A stretch of 64,000 nt of DNA from the human T2T-CHM13v2.0 reference genome, Homo sapiens. This document shows positions 56,182 through 64,000 of this stretch, in pieces. The number at the start of each line of letters is the position of its first letter. Within the stretch, counting starts at the first letter, position 1. The stretch is taken from NCBI RefSeq assembly GCF_009914755.1, contig NC_060928.1. One strand, 5' to 3'. A program made the position numbers and the translations under genes. The notes under the pieces were generated by a model. That model was not told the origin of the DNA. It was given only the letters and a program-made list of their open reading frames with translations, and did no database searches.

Positions 56182-58955
56182 TCCACTACTCTACTTCATC
56201 ACCAACATCATTCACCCAGCTTAGCGCTCGATGTTTTTTGCTTTTTCCAAATGTTAAATCAACTGTTAAAAGACAAGAAATATGTTCCACAGCCAATAAT
56301 AGAAACCCTTATCACAGTAGCATAAATAAAGAGGAAAAATATTTGCCAACATCCACAAAAGTTAGTCAGTGGGAAAGGTCTGCTTTGAACTCTCTCACCA
56401 TGGCGGACTCCCCCAATCATCAGAAAAGGGATTCAGACCTCTTTACTTGGAAGGTGTCATCAATCCATTTTATACTCTTTCTCTGCCCTAATTCAGCAAT
56501 TGCTTCTTCTGTTTTTAATCGGAATGTATGTTTTCTAGTTTATTCTTAGTACACATTAGTCTGCCAAGTTAAATGTGATTAAGACAGCTCTTGGGCCTGT
56601 GATATTTTTAAGGGTAAAGGGAGGTCCTTCATAGAGCCATAATTTTCCACAGAATCATCTGAAGGCTTAATTTATATCATTGCTCATGTCCTGGCTTAAG
56701 TCGATGAAAAGCAAACAGTGACGTAAATGAAGACTCCAGATGACTTTACTGAGATTATACCCCATACTCCCGTTACTGGTTGGGAGCAAATAGAATCTTT
56801 TACTGAAATATAGCTGCGCTGACTAACAGTCACCAAGAATAAACTGGGAAGAGCATTAGATGCAGAAATAGAACAAGTAATTGCCCTGAGTTAAAAAATA
56901 AAATAAAAAGTGACGTGCTTTGTAGATGAGTCAAATTCCATATCATTTTCAACGTAAGGGTGAAACAAAGTTCTACGTAGAATGTTTGCAGATTCTTTAG
57001 AAAATGGAGGAGTGAACGAAATTGAGCCTTAAGAGCGCACCCTTGTGATGAGTTAGAGGGTGCCTCCCTCCCCTGGCTGTGCTGGTGGCTTACAGATATG
57101 AGCAAGAGGTTTTAGACAGAATTAATTAAAATGTAAAGAAGACAGAGCCCTCAAAATCTTCTCTCTCATTTCTTCTCTAAAATTGAGTAGCCAAATATAG
57201 GACTGACCATGCAAGTATATGGATTAGTCTAACAAAACACTAATCTGACACATATTTTATGAAACGCATAATAGACTTTCCATCGATGAATTAAAGCTAC
57301 AAGTCACTGTACTAAGGCCATTACATACATCTCCAATATTTACAACAACCCTGCCCTTTTATAGATAAGGGAATTAGGACTCAGAAAGGCAAAGAATTTA
57401 CCCAGGGCCACAGATAGAATTTCCTTGATTCCCAAATACCATTGATTGTGGTACTCACCATTGATTTCATAACTGCTTCACAGGGACCAACAAAAAATGC
57501 ACTTCATTAAGTGTATGGCTCTGTTATAAGATGAATTTTGCTTTCAAGTACGTTAAAATTTGAAGGAGACAAAAGAGCATCTGAAATTCACAGAAATATG
57601 ACAGACATCAGCCCTGAGAATGGGCTGTACATGTCAAGGTCTTCTGGTCCCAGGATCTAGGCTCTCTCCTCTGCAGAGCCTGCTTGTTCTCTGCTCCATG
57701 CACCAGGTGCCGACGATGGCAGATCACACTGAGAATGACAACCAGAACTCTGTGCAACAAAACCACAGTTTTAGTTCTGTTCTCCCCTTGTTAGCTTTTC
57801 TGTAACTGCATCAGTAAGGACTGTTTTGAAAATCAAGGTATCGATTCATCAACATCCCCTTCATCCATTTCCTTATTCTGGGAATATTGTGAGTCAGAGC
57901 CTATGTCAGGTCCTGGAGGGACAGCAGAGAGCAAAACACACCGTCCTCATGGAGTTTGCACTTGAGTTGGAGGAAGTAGAGAGAGGGGAGGCAGGGACAT
58001 TATCAAATCATCATCCAAACCAATAGGAGGTAGAATTGAGGCCTGTGCTGCACAGAAGAAGTTCTGAGTGCTCTGAAAGCCTCTCTCAGGACTTTGACTT
58101 ACTTGAGGAGCTCATGGATGGCATCCCTGAACCAATGTCTGAAAGTGAGAAGTTACTGTTGCTTAGAAAGGAAGGAAGAGCATGCTCAGCAGAGGGCAGT
58201 GTGTGTGCAAAGGCCCTGTGGTGGGTAGGACCAAGAAGGGTACAAGCAAGTACAAGCAGGCAAGGTCCTCAGTGCAGAAGTAAGGAAGCTGACAAGGTGG
58301 TGGGGGAGCATGGCAGGTTTCAGAGGCCACCGGCCAATTACAGAGTGTCAGGTAAGAATACAGACACTGAAGCCTGTCTCTCTGGGTTCAAGTCCCAGCT
58401 CCATCACTTAATAGCTAGGCTACTTAATTTTGCTTATATGAAATATTAGGATATTCATGGGACAATTACATTAATTCATAGTGGTTTGTGTAAAATTTTT
58501 CTAACGGTGCTTGGCACGCAGTGCCGTATATAGTTGCTATGATTCTGAGATCAATAGGGAGACAGTGCAGCTTAGCAGCAAAAAGGTAACATCGTCAACA
58601 GGTTTGAATTTCAAAAAGATCGCTCTAGGCTCTGTGTAGAAAATGGATGGTAGGGAGGCAAGAAGCTGCAGGTTGGCCAGTTAAAACTGCTGCAATAGTC
58701 CAAGCAAGATAGGAACAAGGATGGTGGAGTGGAGGTAGAGAGAGCCGGACAAAATGAAGAGACAGAAGACAGAATCAACAGGACTTGGAGACGGAGAAGA
58801 AGGTCAGCTTTGCCAGTCTTACCCCTTGACAGCTAAAGTCTTTCCTGGCTCTTGGTATCCTACATGTAAAGGGCTTCATGCAGCAGAAATTCAGGGCTGT
58901 GGTGGGAGGGCAGTTGGAAAACGGCTGGCTGTGGTTCAGAGTCTTGAAAAGATAG

Positions 58956-59389
58956 TGTAATGGGTCCAACAGTGTCTCCCCAAATTCATGCCCCCCTCAA
59001 CACAACCTTGTTTAGAAATAGGGTCTTTGCAGGTGTAATTACTTAAGAATCTTGAGCTGAAATTATTCTGGATTTAAGATGGGTCCTAAAGCCAACGACA
59101 GCATCCTTAAAGGAAGAGAAGAGTACACAGAGAGACACAGAGGAGAAGATGATGTGAAGACAGAGGCAGAGATTGGAGTAATGGGTCTATAAGCCAGCAA
59201 AGACCATGAGTCACCAGGAGCCAGAAAAGGCAAGGAAGCAATTTCCCCGAGATCTTTGGAGGAAGTGTGGCATTGCTGGCACTTTGATTTTGGACTTCTG
59301 GGCTCCAAAACTGTGAGAGAATAAATTTCTGTTGCTTTAAGCCACCATGTTTGAGGTAATGTCGTGGCAGAGCCCTGGTAACTAACACA
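58956..59389 (+). mobile_element. MLT1 solo LTR
   Basis: tgtaatgggtccaacagtgtctcccc...gtgaagacagaggcagagattggag...aataaatttctgttgctttaagccac...actaacaca. Confidence 0.85.
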
Positions 59390-59814
59390 GATGCAGGGAA
59401 TGGAGCAGAAGAATGGTAGAGGGATGGGAGGTGTCAGGAAAGACAGACAGGAACCTCTCATCTCTTCCATTCCAACAGACTGCCTTTCAGGATCAGCCTC
59501 AGGCCAGACTGTGACTTTAGAATCAGAGAGAAGACTGTTGAAAATTAATAAAATTTAGATGGTATGGCAAAACTTTCTGTCTACCAACACCTTTCCTGCC
59601 CTTATTCCTTAGTGACAGAACTGTGCCCACCAAATTTTAGCAGAGCACAGGGCTACCCAGCCAGAGAATACATTTCCCAATGTCCTTTGCAGAAGGTTGT
59701 GCCTGTGTGACTGGATTCTCACCAGTATTAAGTCAGGAAAAGTGATGTACATGAATTTGGAGTCTTGACTCTAATAAGCCAGTTTTAACCATGCAAAAGA
59801 AGAGCAACTCTCTA

Positions 59815-60137
59815 GGACTGTGCTGCCTAATATGGTCACCACTGGCCACAATTGGAACATGTGGCTCCCAAGCACTTAAAATGTGGCCCGCCCAAATTGA
59901 AGTGCACTGTAAGTGTATAATACACACTGGATTTCAGAAACTCAGTACCAAAAAAAAAAAGTAAAACATTTTTATATTGATTATGAGCCAAAATGATAAA
60001 ACATTAGATATATTTCATTAAATAAAATCTTATTAAAATTAATTTCACATGTTTTATTAGACTTTTTTAATGTGGCTAGTAGAAAATTTAAAATTATATG
60101 TGTGGTTTGCATTTTATGTCTATTGAACAGTGTGGCT
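59815..60137 (-). mobile_element. MER33/MER3-type hAT-Charlie element
   Basis: ctgtgctgcctaatatggtcaccactggccac...gtaagtgtataatacacactggatttc...ctattgaacagtg. Confidence 0.75.
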
Positions 60138-60142
60138 CTAGA

Positions 60143-60714
<572 letters not shown>

Positions 60715-61861
60715 GAAGAAGGTTGACATCAGGATAGAAGTGACCCAGTCCCCAGGTCTCAATAGACCAGACCACCCAACCTGGAGCATCCACCTACATC
60801 TGAAGTGTTCTGTGAGAGAGAAATAAATTTAAATCTTGTTTGAGGCTCTGCATTTTCTTGTATCATTACAATCATTTAGTATTTACTCTAAAAAATTGTG
60901 GGGAGCCCATAAAAGGAAGCTGCAGTGAGTGGACCCAAAGATCGAGTATTTAAGGTGAGACAGTGGATGGAGTACAGTGAGGAAAAGACATTTCCCAAGC
61001 ATTGCCTGGAATGTTAATGGTCACCACAGATCATGAGTCTATAATGTAGGGTCAAAACTTCATCTGAGGTTGGCACCTAATTTTGAAAAAAAACAAGCGA
61101 TAATAGGGGTCATGAAGGTTAATTGCAAGCTTTTACTAAACGGTCACATGCTTGGCATTTTAAACCCCATTGTCACCAGGCTATCATTCATTTAAAGCCT
61201 TCAGTAATAAAGACAGTGCTGTTTGGAAACAGGCTCCAAAATGTGCAACCAGCTCTCTTTCCCAGGCTTGACAGAGGCTGAATAACTGGACTCCCCAGGT
61301 GACCAGGACAGTGTCCCCAGAAGGAAATGTCCAAACACATAAACTGGGTGGTCTTTCCCCTTCCCTGTCTCCTAGGCCTTGAGCTTCCCTCCACACCCTG
61401 CTGCTGCCTGCCAACTTCAGAAGTGCCCCCTTCACACCACATTTGCAATGCAGTTATTTACCTGCATTCCCAATGACAGCAGTGCCACGGGTAATAAATT
61501 CTCCTCTCTGACATGCTTGAGAAGGCAGCCTCTTCAGTCGATGGGAGAATTAACCTATAAACCAAGGGCCTTATTACCGGATACAGCTTGCAGCCTCGTG
61601 AGTCAACCCCCAACCCTCTCCTTTTATCTTGTTATTTAAATAACAATGTCACAGTAAAATATGGAATCTCCATGGGCATTCACATCAGCTTTGGCAAATA
61701 GTCACCCATTAAAGAAAGGCAAAAATGTATGCAGGGTGGGTAGGATAGAGTGCTATGTGTGTGTCTGCACAGCCAACTGTTAGTGTCTGCAATTATCCAT
61801 CCATTTAGGGGAGGGGCTATTGTAGATACTCACAGAAAACCCATACTTTGAGTTTGGCCAC

Positions 61862-62223
61862 TGTATTAGCCCATTTTCACGCTGCTGATAAAGACATACC
61901 CAAGACTGGGTAATTTATCCAGCAAAAGAGGTGTAATGGACTCACAGTTCCATGTGGCTAGGGAGGACTCATAATCATGACGGAAGGTGAAAGGCATGTC
62001 TTGCACGGCAGCAGGCAGAGAGAAAATGAGAGCTAAGCGAAAGGAGAAACCGCTTACAAAATCATCAGATCTCATGAGACTTATTCACTACTTGAGGATA
62101 GTATGGGGGAAACCACCTCCATGATTCAATTATCTCCCACTGGGTCCCTCCTACAATATGTGGGAATTATGGGAGCTGTAATTCAAGATGAGATTTAGGT
62201 GGAGACACAGCCAAACCATATCA
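61862..62223 (-). mobile_element. THE1 solo LTR
   Basis: tgtattagccc...ccaaaccatatca, perfect TSD GCCAC. Confidence 0.95.
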
Positions 62224-62845
62224 GCCACCAGCTGGCCTCTATCATCTGTAGCAAATTCAATAGTAGCATTTCATGAACTTTCATTTCCCGCACTTCCACT
62301 ATGGGGCGGGATGGGGGAGGAAACTGACTGAGAAAAGGCTGGAACCAGTAGACGCTAGAAACTGATGTGAACTGTGTGCTAACCTACCTTCAGGTCCTCA
62401 GGAGTAGACTGTGCTCCCCAGATACCTCCCAGGGAAAATGAGTTTTGTTTTCACTGGCTAAGGCTGACAGGAGATGTGATGGTATTCTTCTGGAATTCCT
62501 AATGTTTGAGGCAATAACTTCCCAAATCCTATATTTACCACCTTTCTCCTTGGTACCTCTTGCATTCTTGATTGCATGTGGCAACTGTATTGTAATTATT
62601 TGTTCCCATTTGTCTCAAAAAGTTGCAAATCCAGGAATTATGTCTTTGTTCTCATTGTGGCAGTCCTGCCAATCATATCTCTGTAATTCCTCCCCAACCT
62701 GTGCCTTGGGTCAAATCTCAGCGAGTCTTGGGTGGTCTCTCACCAGAGTCTCTTAATTGTCACCCCGCCTCCAGGATGCCTCACGAACCTCCTGAAGCAA
62801 AATGAATCCTCCCACAATTCTGGTTGTAAACTTCAGTTGACTGCC

Positions 62846-63205
62846 TGATATGGTTTGGCTGTGTCCCCACCCAAATCTCATCTTGAATTATAGCTCCCAT
62901 AATTTCTACATGTTGTGGGAGGGAGCCAGTGGGAGATAATTGAATGCTGGGGGTGCTTTCCCATACTGTTCTCATGGCAGTGAATAAGTCTCATGAGATC
63001 TGCTAGTTTTATAAGGGGAAACCCCTTTCACTTGGCTCTCATGCTGTTTTGTCTGTCACCATGTAAGACGTGCCTTTTGCCTTCCACCATGATTGTGAGG
63101 CCTCCCCAGCCACATGGAACTGTGACTCCATCAAACCACTTTTTCCTTATAAACTACCCAGTTTCAGGTATGTCTTTACCAGCAGCATGAAAATGGACTA
63201 ATACA
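62846..63205 (+). mobile_element. THE1 solo LTR
   Basis: tgatatggtttggctgtgtccccacccaaatctcatcttgaatt...aatggactaataca. Confidence 0.95.
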
Positions 63206-63689
63206 CTAGCTATTATCTAATTCTCAGGATGGCATCAAAATCCTTCTGAAACCCATTGACTTCCCTCTTTTACCTTCCCTCTCTCTCCCAACAGTATGAC
63301 CTAAGTCAGCTCATGCCACACTAAACTTCTTATTGCTCCTTAAATGTACCTTTCAGGCCTCTTCACATGAACATAGGCTCTTCTTTCTGCCTGGCCCTTC
63401 CTTTACCCTGCCTGGTAAACTCCTATTCATCTTTCAGGACCCATTTTAAATATCACCCTCTTTGCTAGGACTTCCTTGCTACCTCCAGGCAGAATGATTC
63501 CTTTCTCATCTGGCTGTTCACATTCCTTTGCATTTGTTGCATTATAATTATCACATTATAATATTCTATGACATGAGATACTGAGATTCTCGGTTACACC
63601 ACAGAGCTGCCTATGACACATTGTGTTCAATCTTCCATTATAAGGAATACTGAGATGGTTGCATATCTGCTTATTTACACTGGAGAGCA

Positions 63690-64000
63690 CCTCTATATTA
63701 TAGAGGTGAAAAAAGTCATAAAAATTTTTAAGGTTGTTGATACACATCACAAAATTGTTTTCCAGAAATGTAATAATTGATACTCCCACTAGCAATGATA
63801 AGGGCTCTCTTCTCACACCACGCTCCCCAGTGTGGAGTATTATTTGGAAAACAAAATACACTTTGTCAATTTCATTGGCAAAAAGTCTTATTTTTTAAAA
63901 TTTGCATATCTCTAATTACTAGTTGGTTAAAATTTTTATGTATATATTTCATATGAATTGTATATTTTTATCATTAGCTTATATTTGCCATTAGACTTAT
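63690..64000 (-). mobile_element. Old L1M/L1ME fragment
   Basis: aaattgttttccagaaatg...tactcccactagcaatg...tttgcatatctctaattactag. Confidence 0.6.

Overview
Primate (human-like) genomic DNA, not microbial. Bases 1 to about 26,900 carry the LGI2 gene (secreted LRR + EPTP/EAR-repeat neuronal protein) on the minus strand. Coding exons 1-7 and the start of exon 8 were reconstructed base by base: 197, 72, 72, 72, 72, 170, 165 and at least 185 nt, all GT-AG and in one continuous frame. A CpG-island promoter lies at about 26.3-27.1 kb. The remaining ~37 kb is upstream intergenic DNA dense in Alu, L1, L2/MIR, DNA transposons and solo LTRs (five THE1, several MLT1, MER4A, PABL-like and other ERV1). 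Nearly all ORFs in the supplied track are chance or repeat-derived. I see no evidence for a new multi-gene system. The most interesting signals are (1) a 77-bp direct repeat (75/77 identical, not recognised as a TE) bracketing the in-frame exon 7; (2) an upstream AUG opening a 149-codon out-of-frame ORF across spliced exons 1-3; (3) a duplicated splice donor after exon 4 whose use would add an immediate stop; (4) a minisatellite split by a THE1A LTR and diverged on each side; (5) THE1 LTRs pointing toward LGI2, two with intact DUX4 motifs; (6) a CTCF-like core with upstream motif; and (7) nested TE insertions including a twin-primed inverted L1. Repeat subfamily names are from recognition of consensus sequences, not a database search.
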